Shown here: positions 1 through 14,212 of the stretch, piece by piece
Position numbering within the stretch: position 1 is the first letter of the stretch
How the letters are laid out: each line of letters begins with the position of its first letter
Source of the DNA: Lama glama
Taxonomy: Eukaryota
Assembly (NCBI GenBank): GCA_028534125.1
Contig: CM052828.1
Location: 28,026,001-28,090,000 of the forward strand
Length of the DNA: 64,000 bases
Direction: 5' to 3'
Notes under the pieces: generated by a model
What the model was told of the DNA's origin: nothing
What the model saw: the letters and a program-made list of their open reading frames with translations, nothing else
Database searches by the model: none
Position numbers and translations under genes: made by a program

Positions 1-1600
1 CATACCGCCAACAGGCCAACACCAGCCCCAGGCTCTGACAAGCCCCTCAGAAACTTCCCTCGGACCTGGCACAATCTATTGGCAGCTGGTATAAGCCCCA
101 GATGCTCTGGGCCATGCAGTCAGCTGTGCATAGAACAGTCCCACCCACCAGAAGGCTGACAACAATCACACAATACAGGGCTTAGTAGCCAACTGGACAG
201 GAGACAGCCCCAGTTACCAGGAAACCTACAATAGTTGACCACATTACAGCAGAATAGCCCATGGATCCCATATAGGGGACACCTCTAGAGAATATTAGCT
301 CTAGTGATCAGAAAGGAGTGTCCTGCTAAGCTCAAAAAAAGTCTCCTAAATAAAGCTGCTTTTCCAAGTTTGAGAAATATAACCAATATACCTAATGCAT
401 AGAAGTAAACATAGATAATTAGGCAAAATAGGGAGACTGAGAAATATATTATAAATGAACAAAAAGAAGATAAAACTCAGAAAAAGAACTAAATGAAATA
501 AAGCTATGTAATCTACTTGATAAAGAGTTCAAAGTAATGGTCATTAAGTGGTTCAACAAACAGGAGAATGGATGAACAGAGTGAAAAGTTTAACAAAGTG
601 TCAGAAGATATAAAAAAACAAACAAATATAAACAGTACAATAACTGAAATAAAAATATGCTAGGAGTTTTCAACAGTAGATTAAATGATACAGAAGAATG
701 GATCAACAAAATGGAAGACAGAATAGTGGAAATCATCCAAGCTGAATAGGAAAAAGAAAAAAAGAATTTCAAAAATGATGATAGTTTAAGAAACATCTGG
801 TACAACATCAAATACACTAACATTAACAGTACAGGTTTCCCAAAAGGAGAATAATGAAAGAAAGGGGCAGAGAAATTATTTGAAGAAATCATAGCTGAAA
901 GCATCCTTAAGCTAGGAAAGAAAGTAGATACCAAAGTCCAGGAAGCACAGAAAGTTTCAAATGAGATAAATCCATAGTTCTACACCAAGACACACTATGA
1001 ATAAAATGACAAAAATTAAAGATAAAGAGAGAATCCTAAAAGTAGCAATAGAAAAACAAATAGTTACATAAAAGAAAGCTCCCATATGGGTATCAGCTGA
1101 ATTTTGTGCAGTGCTGGGAGTGTATATTTTCATGGAATATTCAAAGGGATGAAAGAAAAAAAGAACAATAACCAAGAATACTCTACCTGACAAGGCTATT
1201 ATTGAGTTTGAAAGAGATATAAATAGTTTTACAAACAAGCAAAAGCTAAAAAATTTCAGCACCAAAGAAACAGCTTTATAAGAAACATTAAAAGTGTTTT
1301 CTAAGCAGAATAGAAAAAGCCACAATTGGGAATATGAAAAAAAATTAAAAAGTAAACCTCATTGGTAAAGGAAAACATACAGTGAAGATAGGTAGATCAA
1401 TCACTTATAAATCTCGTAGGAAGTATAAAGGCAAAAGTAGTAAAGCCATCTATATCAATAATGAGGAGTTAAGGGACACACAAGACAAAACAGGTAAAAT
1501 ATAACATCAAAACTAAAACATGGCAAAGGAGGTTAAAAGTCAAGGTTATTGGAATATATTTGAACTTAAGAGATCAATAACATAATGTAACCACACATAC
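1..1600 (+). mobile_element. Old LINE-1, 5' part (5'UTR remnant, decayed ORF1 ~430-1305, inter-ORF spacer)
   Basis: A-rich strand with ORF1p-like coding remnants (gataaagagttcaaagtaatggtcatt; ccaggaagcacagaaagt; gataaagagagaatcctaaaagtagcaatagaaaaa = DKERILKVA), many stops and frameshifts. Confidence 0.9.
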
Positions 1601-1619
1601 ATATATAATTGATTCAGTC

Positions 1620-4600
1620 ATACATATATATACATATATTTTTTCAGGTTCATTTCCATTACAACTCATTATTGGAAACTGAATGTTGTTCCCTGTGCTA
1701 TACATTAGGTCTTTGTTGTTTATCTATTTTATAAGCAGTGATGTGTATCTGTTACTCCCAGACTCCTAATCTATGCCTACTCCTCCTTTCTTCCCTGGTA
1801 ACCACAGTTTGTTTTCTATGTACATGCGACTATTTCTGTCAGTAAATTTTTTGTATTTTTTAATATATTCCACAAAAAGTGCCATTCATCATATGCTATT
1901 TGTCTTTCTCTGTCTGACTTCATTCAATATGATAATTTGCAAATGACATTATTTCATGCTTTTTAATGGCTGAGTAATGTTCTACTGTGTGTACATACCA
2001 CTTCTTTATGCATTTTTCTGTTAATGTACATTCATGTCTTAGCTATTGTAAATAGTGCTGCTATGAACATTGCTGTGCATGTGGAGTGTTTTTGTTTTTT
2101 TCAATTTATAGTTTTCTGAATATATGCCATTATATGGTAAGTCTATTTTTGGTATTATAAAGAAACTCCATACTGTCGTACATAGTGGTTGCATCAGTTT
2201 ACATATCCAACAACAATGTAGGAAGATTTCTTTTTCTCCACACTCTCTCTAGCTTTTATTGTTTGTGGATTTTTTAATGATGATCATTTTGATTGTTGTG
2301 AGATGATATCTCATTGTAGTGTTGCTGTGCATTTCTCTAATTATTAGTGATATTGAACATCTTTTCACATGCCTGTTGGCTCCCTGGATGTCTTCTTTGG
2401 AGAAATGTCTGTTTAGAGCTACTGTTTATTTTCTTTATTTTATTTTATTTTATTTTATTTTATTTTATTTTATATTTTATTTTATTTTATTTATTTTATT
2501 TTAGTTTAGTTTAGTTGTTTTATTTATTTTATTTTATTTATATATGTTTTTGATATTAAGCTGTATGAACTGTTTGTATACCTTGGAAATTGGTCCCTCA
2601 TTTTTTATGTCATTTGCAAATATTTTCTTCCATTCTGATGGTTGTCTTTTTGTTTTGTTTATGGTTTCCTTTGCTGTGAAAACATTTTTACTTTAATTAG
2701 GTCCTATTTATTTATTTTTGCTTCTATTTGCACTGCACTAGGAGACAGAGCCAAAAATTTTATTACTGGTTTAAAAAAATATTGTTGTGATTTATATGAA
2801 TGAGCATTCAACTTAAATTTTCCTCTAAGAGTTTTGTATTATCCAGTCTTATATTTGGGTCTTTAATTTATTTTATGTCTATTTTTGTATAGGATGTTAA
2901 AAGAATATTCTAATTTTATTTTCTACATGTAACTCTCTGGTTTTTCCAGCACCACTTATTGAAGAGACTACTTTTTCTCCATTATATATTCATGCCTCTT
3001 TTGCTGTACATTAAATGACCATAATATGTAGGTTTATTTCTGGAAATGCTATACCATTCCATTGATGCATGTGTCTCTTTTAGTGACAGTAACATATTAT
3101 ATTGACTACTATAGCTTTGTAGTATAGCCTGAAGTGGGGGAAAGTGATTTCTCAGCTCTGTTCTTTTTCAAGATTGTTTTGGCTATTCAAGGTTTTTCAT
3201 ATTTCCATACAATTTAATTTGTTTGTTTCTGCTCTGTGAAAAATGTCATTGATGATTTAATATGGGTTTGATAGGGTAGTATGGCCATTTTAACAATATT
3301 GAGTCTTCCAATCCCAAAACACAATATATCTTCTCATCTGTTTGTGTAATCTTCAGTTTCTTTCATCAGTGTTATAGTTTTTGGTGTATAATTCCTTTGC
3401 ATCCTTAGACAGATTTACTCCTAGTTATTTTATTATTTTTGATGGTATGGTAGTTGGGATCATTTACTTAATTTATTTTTCTGCTATTTCATTGTTATAG
3501 AAATGCAAGTGATTTCTGCATATTAATTTTGTATCCTGCAACTGTATCAAATTTATTGATGAGCTCTAGTAGTTTTCTGGTGGTTTCTTTAGGATTTTCT
3601 ATGTATAGTATCATGTCATCTTCAAACAGTGACAATTTTACTTCTTTCCCTATTTGGATTCTTTTTATTTCTTTTTATTCTCTGATTACTGTAGCTAGGT
3701 CTTTCAAAACTATGTTGAATAAAAGTGTCTAGAGTGGACAATTTTGCCTTATTCCTGATATTAGAAGAAATTATTTCAGCTTTTTCCCATTGAGTATTAT
3801 GTTAGCTGTGGGCTTGTCATATATGACTTTTATTATGTTAAGGAATATTCCCTCTATGTCTACTTTCTGGAGAGTTTTTATCATAAATGGATGCTGAACT
3901 TAATCAAAAGATTTTTCTGCTTCTATTGAGATGATCATACTGTTTTTATTCTTCAATTTGTTAATGTAGTTTATCACATAGAGTGATTTGCAGATATTTT
4001 GGCATCAGGCTGATGGTAGTTTCATACAATGAATTTGGAAGTGGTTCTTCCTGTGCAATTTTTTTTTTAGAATAGTGTCATAACATAGGCATTTAATCTT
4101 CTCTAAATGTTTGGGAGATCCCCTATGAAGCCATCTGGCCCTGGACTTTTGTTTGTTGGAAGTTTTTAAATTAATGATTCAATTTCATTGGTAGCAATTA
4201 GTTTGTTCATATATTCCATTTCTTCCTGATTCAGTCTTGGGATATTGTACCTTTCTAAGAAATTATCCATTTCTCCTAAGTTTTCCATTTTTTAGTGGAC
4301 AGATACTCATAATAGCCTTGTTTGTATTTCTGTGATGTTGGTTGTAACTACTTTTTCACTTCGATTTTATTAATTTGGGTCCTCTACCTTTTTTTTTTTC
4401 TTGATGAATCAGGCTAAATGTTCATCAATTTTATTAATCTTTTCAAGTAATCAACTTTTAGTTACAGTGATCATATCTATTATTTTTAGTCTCTATTTCA
4501 TGATTTATGCTCTAATTTGTATGATTTCTTTCCTTCTACTAATTTGGGGTTTCATTTTTTTCTTCTTTTTCTTGTTGTTAAGTGTAAGGTTCTGTTGTTT

Positions 4601-6352
4601 ATTTGAATTTTTTCTTGTTTCCTGAGGTAAGCTTGTATCAATATAAACTTCCCTCTTAGAACTGATCTTATTCCATCCCACAGGTTTTGGATCATTGTGT
4701 TTTCATTTTCTTTTGTCTCTAGTATTTTTGATGTCTTCAGCGATCCATTGGTTGTTTAGTAACATATTGTTTAGCTTCCATATGTTTGTGTTTTTTATAG
4801 TCCCTCCCACCCCCCATTAGTTGACTTCTAAACTAATAGCAGTGTGGTCAGAAAAGATGCTTAATATGATTTCAATTTTCTTAAATTTATCAAGGCTTGC
4901 TTTGTTTCCCAACATGTGATCTATCCTAGAAAATGTTCCATGTGCCTTGAGAAGAACGTGTATTCTGCTTTCAGATGGAGTGCTCAATAAATATCAATTA
5001 AATCCATCTGGTCTAATTTGTGTTTCCTTATTAATTTTCTGACTGGATGATCTGTCCATTAAAGTAAATGATGTGTTAAGGTCCTCCACTATTACTGTGT
5101 TACTGTCAGTTTCTCCTTTTATGTCTGTTAACAATTGCCTTATATATTGAGATGTTCCATTGTTGGGTACATACATATTTACTATTGTTACATCTCCATG
5201 GATTGATGCCTTGATTATTATGTAGTGTTCTTCTTTGCCTCTTGTAATAATCTTTATTTTAAAATCTACTTCATCTGATGTAAGTATTGCTACCCTAGCT
5301 TTCTTTTCATTTCCATTTGTGTCAAATACCAAATTCCATCCTCTCACTTTCTGCCTGTATGTGTCCCAAGCTGAGATGTGGGTCTCTTGTAGACAACATA
5401 TACATGGGCCTTCTTTTTAATTTCCATTTAGTCTGTCTTTTGGTTGGCGTATTTAAGTCATTTACATGTAAGGTAATTAACAACATGTATGTTCCAATTA
5501 CCATTGTGTTAATTGTTTTATATTTGTTTTTATAGATTTTTTTGTTCTTTCTTCTTTTTTTGTTCTCTTCCATTGTGATTTTATGACTTTAGTGTTACAT
5601 TTGGATTTCTCTTTATTTTTGTGTGTATATCTGTTATAGATTTTTGGTTTGTGTTTACCATGAAATGTTGGTATAGATGTCTATATATATATATACACAT
5701 ACATATATATATCTTTTAATTTACTTATTTATTAATTTCAAATTAATTTTAGATACCCTGTATTAATATTCTCTTTTTCTCATGATTACTGATTTTTACA
5801 TATCGTATTTTACATATAATTATATTATGTATCTTTTAACTGCTAATTGTAGATACAGATACTTTACTACATTTATCTTTTAACATTTCTATGTTTGTGT
5901 GTGAGAGATTTCTTAACTTTACTGTATGTTTGACTTTACTGGTAAGCTTTCCCATTTTTTAATTATCTTTTCTCTAGTCATGGCCTTTTCTTTACTATGT
6001 AGAGATGTTTCCTTAGCATATGTTGTAAAGCTGGTTGCGTGGTGCTGAATTCATTTAGCTTTTGCTTATCTGTGAAATTTTTTATTCCTCTGTCAAATCT
6101 GAATAAGAGTATTCTTGTTTGTAGGGTTTTTCCCCTTTTATCATTTTAAATATATCATCCCACTCCCTTCTGTCCTGTAGAGTTTCTGCTGAAAAATCAG
6201 CTGATAATTTTATTAGAGTTCCCTTGTATGTTATTTGTTATTTTTCTTTTGTTTCTTTTAATATTATCTCCTTATCTTTAATTTTTGCCACTTTGATTAC
6301 TCTGCATCAGTGTGTTTCTGTTTGGGTTAGTCCTTTGTGGGACTGTCTGTGC
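1620..6352 (-). mobile_element. LINE-1, 5'-truncated within ORF1 (3'UTR, decayed ORF2 ~2000-5504, spacer, ORF1 C-terminal half)
   Basis: Minus ORFs 4994..5347 and 5322..5573 give endonuclease motifs (ITLHVNDLNTPTKR, KARVAILTSD, VNMYVPN, IVEDLNT); RT motif reads FEDD at ~3610; ORF1 remnant ~6000-6350. Confidence 0.95.
2435..2540 (+). repeat. (TTTTA)n / (TTTAG)n microsatellite inside L1 ORF2
   Basis: Directly visible pentanucleotide run. Confidence 0.95.
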
Positions 6353-8694
6353 TTATATATAATAAAAGATAATACACATTCTTTTTAAGTACTCATGAAA
6401 CATTCTCTAGGATAGATCACATATCACATGCTGGGTCATAAAATCTCAATATTAAAAAGCAGATCAAGCATCTTTTTCTTATTAAAATGATGTGAAATCA
6501 ATTACAAGAAAAAATGCAAAAAATACACACATGTGGAGGTGTGAAATATACTATTAAATAACCAATGAGATACTGAAGAAATCTAACAAGAAATTTTAAA
6601 ATACCTGGAAACCAATGTCAATGAAATCAAATAATCCACAATTATGGTACAGGGTAAAATATGTTTTAAAAGAGAAGTTTATAGTGATACAAGCCTAATT
6701 TAGGTAACAAAGAAACAAAAATTTTAAATAAAAAATCTAACCTTAAGTCTATAGGAACAAGGAAATTAACAAACAACACCTAAAGTTAGTAGAAAAAAAA
6801 GCATAAATATTATAATAGAAATAAATTAGAGACTGAAAATAAATAAATTAAACTAAGATGTAGGACTTTAAAAAGGTAAATAAAATTGATAAATTTATAG
6901 CCACACTTATCAAGAAAATAAGTGGTCCAGGTAAATGAAATTAGAAATGAAAGATAAATTACAACCAACTCCACAGAAATACAAAGGATTATAAGAGGTT
7001 CCTACAGTGAAAAATTATATGCAGTTTAAATGAACAGATTAGAAAAAGAATGATACATTCTTGGAAATGTAAATTCTCCCTAGTCTGAATCAGGAAGATA
7101 TAGAAAAATATGAGCAGACCAATTGCCAGTAATTAAAATGAATTAGTAAAAAAAAAATACCAACAAACAAGAGTCCAGGACCAGAAAACTTCACAGGTGA
7201 ATACTATCAAATATTTAAGGAAGAGTTAACACCAATCCTTCTAAAAATACTCCAAAATCTAAAGAGGATGAAACTCATTAAATAAAGCCAGTATTACACT
7301 GACACCAAACTCAAAGATACCACTTAAATAGTCAGAAACATATATAACTAATAAACATAGATGTAAAATTTTAACAAAATATTAGCACACAAAATTCAAC
7401 AACACATTAAAAGGTTCATATAACATAATCAAATAGAATTTATCCAAGATTCAAATATAGGTCAATATTCACAATTCAACCAATGTGATATACCAAATCA
7501 ACTAATAGAAGAATAAAATTTTAATAGTTACCAAAAAAGCCTTCCACAAAATTCAACATCTATTTTTGATAACAATTCTCGGCAAAGTGGATATAGAGGA
7601 AACATACCTCAACAAAATAAATTTCATATATAACAAGGCCATGGTTAATATCATATTCAACAGTTATAAGATCAAAGAATTTCCTCAAGGATCAGAAACA
7701 AGTCAAAGATTATCACTTTCACCAATTTTAAACAGCATTATATTGACAGTCCTAGACGCAGCAATAAGATAAGAAAAATAAATTTAAAAAATTCAAATTG
7801 GAAAGGCATAATTAAAACTAGCTATTTGCAGATTAGATAATGCTGTATATAGAAATGCTAAATATGCACACACAAACATGCAAAAATACTGTTAGAACTA
7901 ATGAATGAATTTAGTAAATTTTCTGGATAAAAAATTAATGGACAGAAATCTGTTTCATTCTAATGCACTGTAGTAAATTATCAGAGAAATAAATTAAGAA
8001 AGCTATCCCACTTACAATTACATCAAAAAGAATAAAATATCTAGGAATAAATTTAACCAAAGAGATAAAATACTTTTAATCAGAAAACTATAAAAGACCT
8101 TTATGAAAGAAATTATAGACTGAACAAACAATTGAAATAAGATACCATGCTAAATGATGGGACAAATTGATATTGCTAAAATGACCACACTACCCAAGGT
8201 AATATACATATTCAATTAAATCTCTAACAAAATATCAATTACATTTTTTACAGAAAAATTGATTCTAAAATTTGTATGAAAACACAAAAGACCCTGAAGA
8301 TCCAAAATAATGTTGAGAAAGAAAAACAAAGTTGGTTGTATCATGCTTCTCAATTTTAAACTCTACCTCAAAGCTATGGTAATCATAAAAGTATTGTAGT
8401 AGCACAAAACAGATATATAGATCAATGGGATGAAATAAGAGACCAGAAACGAACCCACACACATATGATCAATTATTCAAAGACTAAAGAGGCAAGAATA
8501 TACAATGGAGAAAAAAACAAGTAGATGGTTTTTGGAAAACTTGACATCTACATGAAAAGAATCAAACTGGACTACTTTCTCACATCATATACATAAAATA
8601 AACTCAAAATGATTTATAAGCTTAAATGTAAGACCTGAGTTCCTAAAACTACTAGATGAAAACAGATAGTATTCTCTTTCACTTTGCTCTTAGC

Positions 8695-8727
8695 AATATA
8701 TATAAATATATAGACATATATATATAT

Positions 8728-8762
<35 letters not shown>

Positions 8763-8763
8763 T
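8695..8763 (+). repeat. (TA)n/(GATA)n compound microsatellite
   Basis: Directly visible. Confidence 0.95.
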
Positions 8764-9856
8764 CTCCTCTGACAAAGAAAACAAAACAAAAAATATACAA
8801 AAAGACTACAACAAATTAAAAATATTCTGCATAGTGGAAGAAAGTATCAACAAAATGTAAAGTCCAGCTGCTGAATGGGAGAAGATTCTTGCAAATGGTA
8901 TATCTGATAAGAGGTTAATATTAAAAATACACAATGAAATCATACAACTCATCATCAGTAATACAAACAATCCAACATGTGCAGAGGACTTCAATAGACA
9001 TTCTTCCAAAGATGACATAATGAAGACTAACAGATACATAAAAACATGTTAAAATTACACCTGACATAATAGTCATTATCAAAAAAGAACTAATACTGGA
9101 GCAGATGTGGCAAAAAAGAAACCCTTGTGCATTGTACATAGAAATGTAAATTGGTGCAGCAACTTTGGATAACTATATGGAGCTTACTCAAAAATTAAAA
9201 ATTAAACTACCATAGACTCCAGCTATTCAACCTGTGGTTGTATTTCAAAGAAAACAAAGACACTAAATCGAATAGATAAATGCAGCCCTATTTCCATTAC
9301 AGCATTATTCATATTATATTTATAATAGCCAAGATAGGAAAGCAACCTAAGTGTTCATTGATAGATAAATGGATTTAAAAAGGTGTTATGTATCTTGCTA
9401 TATATTACCCAACTATAAAACATTAGTTCTTGTCATCTGCAACAAAAGGGGTGAAACAAGAGAATATTATCTTAATGAAATGAGTGAGATAGAAAGAAAA
9501 ATAACATGATTTCACTATAATGTGGAATCTAAAAAAACAAAAGAACAAATATAAAAAAAAACAGAAGCAAACTCTTAGATAAAAAAGAACAAGCCAGTGG
9601 TTGCCATACTGTAGTGTCTATACATGGTTGAGAGATAGTAACTAGACTTAGATCATTTTGCAGTTTATGGAAGTGATCACTATATTGTACACAAAGAGCT
9701 AACATAGTGTTGTAGAGCAATTACATTTCAAATGTAAACAAACAACCTCATAAAAAAAGAGATCAGATTTGTGGTTACCAGCAGTGCAGTGTGGGGAGAA
9801 GGGGAATTGAGGGGTAGTCAAAAGGTACACACTTCCAGTTATAAGAAATTAATACT

Positions 9857-9990
9857 GTGACGAGGTATAGCTCAGTGGTAGAGTGCATACCTAGGATGCA
9901 CAAAGCCCTGGGTTAAATCCCCAGAATCTCCATTAAAAAATAAACCTAATTACCTCCTCTGACCAATTTATTTTTAATTAAAAAAATAAA
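9857..9990 (+). mobile_element. tRNA(Ala)-derived SINE, Vic-1-like (camelid)
   Basis: Pol III A box tagctcagtggtag and B box ggttaaatccc, then ctccattaaaaaataaacctaattacctcc and an A-rich tail; flanked by degenerate direct repeats aagaaattaatact / aataaattaggact; interrupts an L1 3'UTR. Confidence 0.85.
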
Positions 9991-10572
9991 TTAGGACTAG
10001 GGATGTAATGTATGTGGTGACTATAATTAACACCACTATATGTTATATATGAAATTTGTCAAGAGAGTAAATCCAAGTGTTCTCATCACAAGGAAATTTT
10101 TTTCTTTTTTTATATTTGTATATGAGATAATGGCTGTTCACTAAACTTGTAAACATTTCATGATATATGTAATTCAAATCACTATGTTTTATATCTTATA
10201 CTTACACAGTGCTGTATGTCAATTACATTTCAATATCAATGTAAGAAAAAATATCACATGTACAACTATAAATGACATAATGAAATGCAGTATGATATTA
10301 AGCTTTGTAAATATAAGAAGAAATATATTTAAGAAAATATTATAATAACAAAAATAAAATATATATATACATAAAATACACATTTAGTCCTTACATCTAT
10401 TTTTTTGTATTTATTGTTTTATATTATGTATTCTAAATCCACGTTTTGAAAATAAAAACATATAATATTTTTATGGTTAATGATGTAGATTCATAGGATC
10501 AACTATGCACTATTTGCCTGGGAAATCATCAAAGAGAAATTCTTACACAGGCCATAGTTCATATATAGGTGT

Positions 10573-13500
10573 GAGTTCTAGCAGTTTCCTGATGAGTCTC
10601 ACGTTAAGGATTTTCTATGTATAATATAATGTCATCTGTAAAGAGTGATAGTTTTACTTCTTATTTTCCAAATTGGATCCCTTTTATTCCTTTTAATTGT
10701 CTGATTGTTGTGTCTAGTACTTCCACAGCTGTGTTGAATAAAGGTGGTGAGAGTGTATATTTTTGCTAATCTTAGAGGAAACACTTTCAGTTTTCACCAT
10801 TTTGTATAACGTTAACTGTGGATATCTCATGTATGGCCTTTAATATGTTGAGGTATATTTCCCCTATGCTCACATTGTTGTAAGTTTTTTATCTAAATGG
10901 ATGTTGAATTTTGTCAAAATATTTTTTACACATATTGATGATCATACGGTTTTATTCTTCAAGTTTTTACTGTCATGTTGATTGGTTAATTAACAAATAT
11001 TGAAATTTTCTTTCAGCACTGGAATAAATATGACTGTTCATGGTGCATGATTATTTTAATGTATTGTTGAATTCAGGTTGCTAGTATTTTCAGGGGGGAT
11101 TCATTTGTGACCTGTAATTTTACTTTTGTGTAATATCTTTGTCAGAATTTGGTATGAGGGTAATTCTGACATCATATAAAGAGTTCAGAAGTATTCCTTT
11201 CTCTGTAATTTGTGGAATAGTTTGGGATGGATAGGTGTTATATCTTCTGTAGTACTTTGTAAAATTTACCTGTGAAACCATATGACCCTGGTCTTCTGTT
11301 TGTTGTAAGATTTTAACTATTGATTCAATTTCTGTTCTGGCAATTGGTCTGTTCAATTAGGAGATTGTACCTTTCTAAGAATTTGTTCATTTCTTCTAAG
11401 TTGACCATTTTGCTGGCATATAGTTGTTTGTTGTAGTCTCATAATCTTTTGTATTTCTGAGGAGTTGGTATAACTTCTCCTTTTTCATTTTTTGTTTTAT
11501 TGTTTTGGGTTTTCTCCCTTTTTAAATTGATTAGTTTATTAATTTTGTTTATATTCTAAATAAATGAGATTTTAGTTTCATTGATCTTTTATATTTTTTA
11601 ATCTCTATTTCATTTATTTCTCCTCTAAGCTTTATGATTTATTTCCTTCTACTTACTTTGGATTTTGTTCTCCTTTCTGTATTTCCTTTAGTTGTATGAT
11701 TAGGTTGATTATTTGTGATTTTTCTTGTTTCTTGAAGTAAACTTATATGGCTATAAACTTCCATCTTAGAGATATTTTGTCTGATTCCATAGATTTTGTT
11801 CCATTGTATATTCATTTTTATTTTCCTCTAGGTACTTTTTGAGTTCCTCCTTTATTTCTTCATTAATTAATTGGTTGTTTACTAGAATATTGTTTAGCCT
11901 TCAAGTGTTTTTATTTATTTATTTATTTATTTATTTTTTGGTCATTGATTTCTTACAGGGTTGTGATCAGAAAAGATGCTAGATATGTTTTCAACTTTCT
12001 CAAATTTATCTAGGCTTGTTAAGTGGCCTAGTATGTGATCCATCCTGGAGAATATTCCATGTGCACTTTAGTTGAATGTGTATTCTGCTGCTTTTGGATG
12101 GAATGCTCTATATATATCAGTTAAGTCCATTTGGTTTAATATGTCACTTGAGGCCAGTGTCTTTATTTTAAAGTCTATTTTGTTTGATATAATTATTGCT
12201 TCATCAGCTTTCTTTGGATTTCCATTTGTATGGAATACCTTTTTCCACCCCCTCACTTTCATTCTGTGTGTCTGTAGGTCTGAAGTTTGTCTCTTGTAGG
12301 TAGTACGTATATGTGTATTGTTTATATATCCATTCATCCACTCTGTGTCTTTTGGTTGGAGAATTTAGTCCATTTACATTTAAGGTAATTATTAACATAT
12401 ATGTTCTTATTGCTGTTTTTTTAGTTGTTTTGTTTCTGCTTTTTGGGGGTTTTTTGGTGTTTTTTTAATTTTCTTCTTTTGTTTTCTTGTGATTTGCTGA
12501 CTATATTTAGTGTTACGTTTGATTCACTTTTCTTCTTGTGTTTTTATCTATTATAGATTTTTGGTTTGTGTATTCCTTAATTGCTTGTTGTGGATATTGA
12601 TTATTTTACAACTTTTGTCTTTAACTTCCCTACTAACTTTATGCATGAATGTTTTCCTACTTTAACTGTATATTAGCCTTTCAGTGGTGAGTTTTTCATT
12701 TTGTAATTTTCAATTTGTAATTTTCTTGTTTCTAATTGTGACCTTTTCTTTTTTACCTAGAAAAATTCCTTTAACATTTGTTGTAAAGTTGGTTTAGTGG
12801 TGTTGAGTTATTTTAGCTTTTGCTTCTCTGTATATCTTTGATATCTCATCAAATCTAAATAAAGGCCTTGCTTGGTAGAGTATTTTTGTTTGTAGGTTTT
12901 TCCTTTTCATCAATTTATTAACTGATTGCAGGACCCAGGGAGCCTCAGGGATACTGCTGGCACATTTGTGAGCAAAATAAAGGTCCAGAAGGCACATGGG
13001 TGTTTGCTCTTCAGCTGGTGGCTGAATTCAGGTCCTGAGGTTAGTGTTGGATTATTGGCAGGCAAAAGTGAATACTAGAGTCTGACTACAGTGCCCAGGG
13101 ATCCCAAAGCTGGTGTCAGATCACTGGTGGAGAGGACGGTTCCTGACACAGTTTGTATGGGGCTTATTACATTCAAAGATTGTGTTGGCCTGCCATTGTG
13201 TAGGGCTAAGGCCCAGCTTGTCTCAGGGTTGGATCTGGCCTGCTGTGAGACACGTGTGTCCACAGACTGTGAGACTGTGGTTTTCTTGTGTCTGATGTCT
13301 TGCCCCCGTATGAGTGACGCTGGTCTAGAGGTTAGTGCTGGCTTCCTGGGGGAAAATGTGCCTTCCCATTGGTGAATGGAGCTAGTTTTGGCCCTCTTTT
13401 GGGCAGTTTTATTTACAAGCATGTCTAGAGGTGGCTGTGGGCTCAGGAAAACTTTAGGCAGCCTATTTGGTTATGAGTGGTGCTGTATCCTCATCCAGTT

Positions 13501-14212
13501 AGTTGTTTGGCCTGTGGCATCCTAGCAGTGGTGACTATTTACAGGAAGTTGCATCAGACCAGGTCTTGGTGCTAAGGAGCTAGGGAGGGCCACCAGCAAC
13601 AGTTTCCACACTGTAGAATGTTCCCAGATACAGCTACCATCAGTGTCTGTGTACCAAGGGTGAGCTGCAGTCACTGATGTCCCTCACACCTCTTAAGGAG
13701 ATTTTCAAAGCACAGCAGGTAGGTCTTGTCCAGGCTTCTCTCAAATTACTGCTTTGGCACTGGGTCCTGGTACAGATAAGTGTTTGTGTGCACCCTTTAA
13801 GAGTGAAGACTCTATTTACCCCAGTCCTTTGTGATGTCTTAAAATAAGCCTCTTTGAACTTCAAAGCAAAATACTCTCGGGGTTTTCTTCCCAGTGCAGG
13901 ACCACTGAGCTGCCAAGCCTTATGTGGGGCTCAGAACTCTCACTCCTGTGGGGGAATCTCTGCACTATAATTATTCTCTAGTTTGTGGGTAGTCCACCCT
14001 GAGGTACAGGATTTGATTACATTATGAGTTTGCCCCCTCCTACCTGTCTCATGATTCTTTCTTCAGGTCTATATTGTACAAGATATTTTAGATATTTTCT
14101 GATATGTTTCAGTCTTTTCATTGATGATTATTATCCAGATATTTGTGTTTTGGTGTTTTCTTGAGAGGTGGTAAGTTCAGGGTCTTTCTAAATTGTCCTT
14201 TTGTCCAATCTC
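10573..14212 (-). mobile_element. Old LINE-1 with internal deletions: 5'UTR (~12925-14212), ORF1 C-terminal stub, ORF2 EN to RT, 3' end missing
   Basis: Minus ORFs 12204..12398 (ITLNVNGLNSPTKRHRV), 12068..12337 and 11120..11356 (PNSDKD); GC-richer 5'UTR homologous to 26870-27640. Confidence 0.92.

Larger units (their letters stand above)
6360..10250 (+). mobile_element. Old LINE-1, ORF2 (from end of endonuclease) through an L1MA-like 3'UTR; probable continuation of the 1-1600 element
   Basis: ttctctaggatagatcac (FSRIDH); ORF 7566..7772 carries the RT segment FPQGSETSQRLSLSPIL; 3'UTR motifs gagatcagatttgtggttacc, tccagttataag, ttctcatcacaag. Confidence 0.92.

Noticed and set aside
9860..9932. 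Functional tRNA gene
   Set aside because: Stems are degenerate, and it has a SINE-type tail and direct repeats inside an L1.
1620..10250. Twin-priming inversion explaining the minus/plus junction at ~6355
   Set aside because: Both arms carry overlapping ORF2 and their own 3' ends, so they are two elements.
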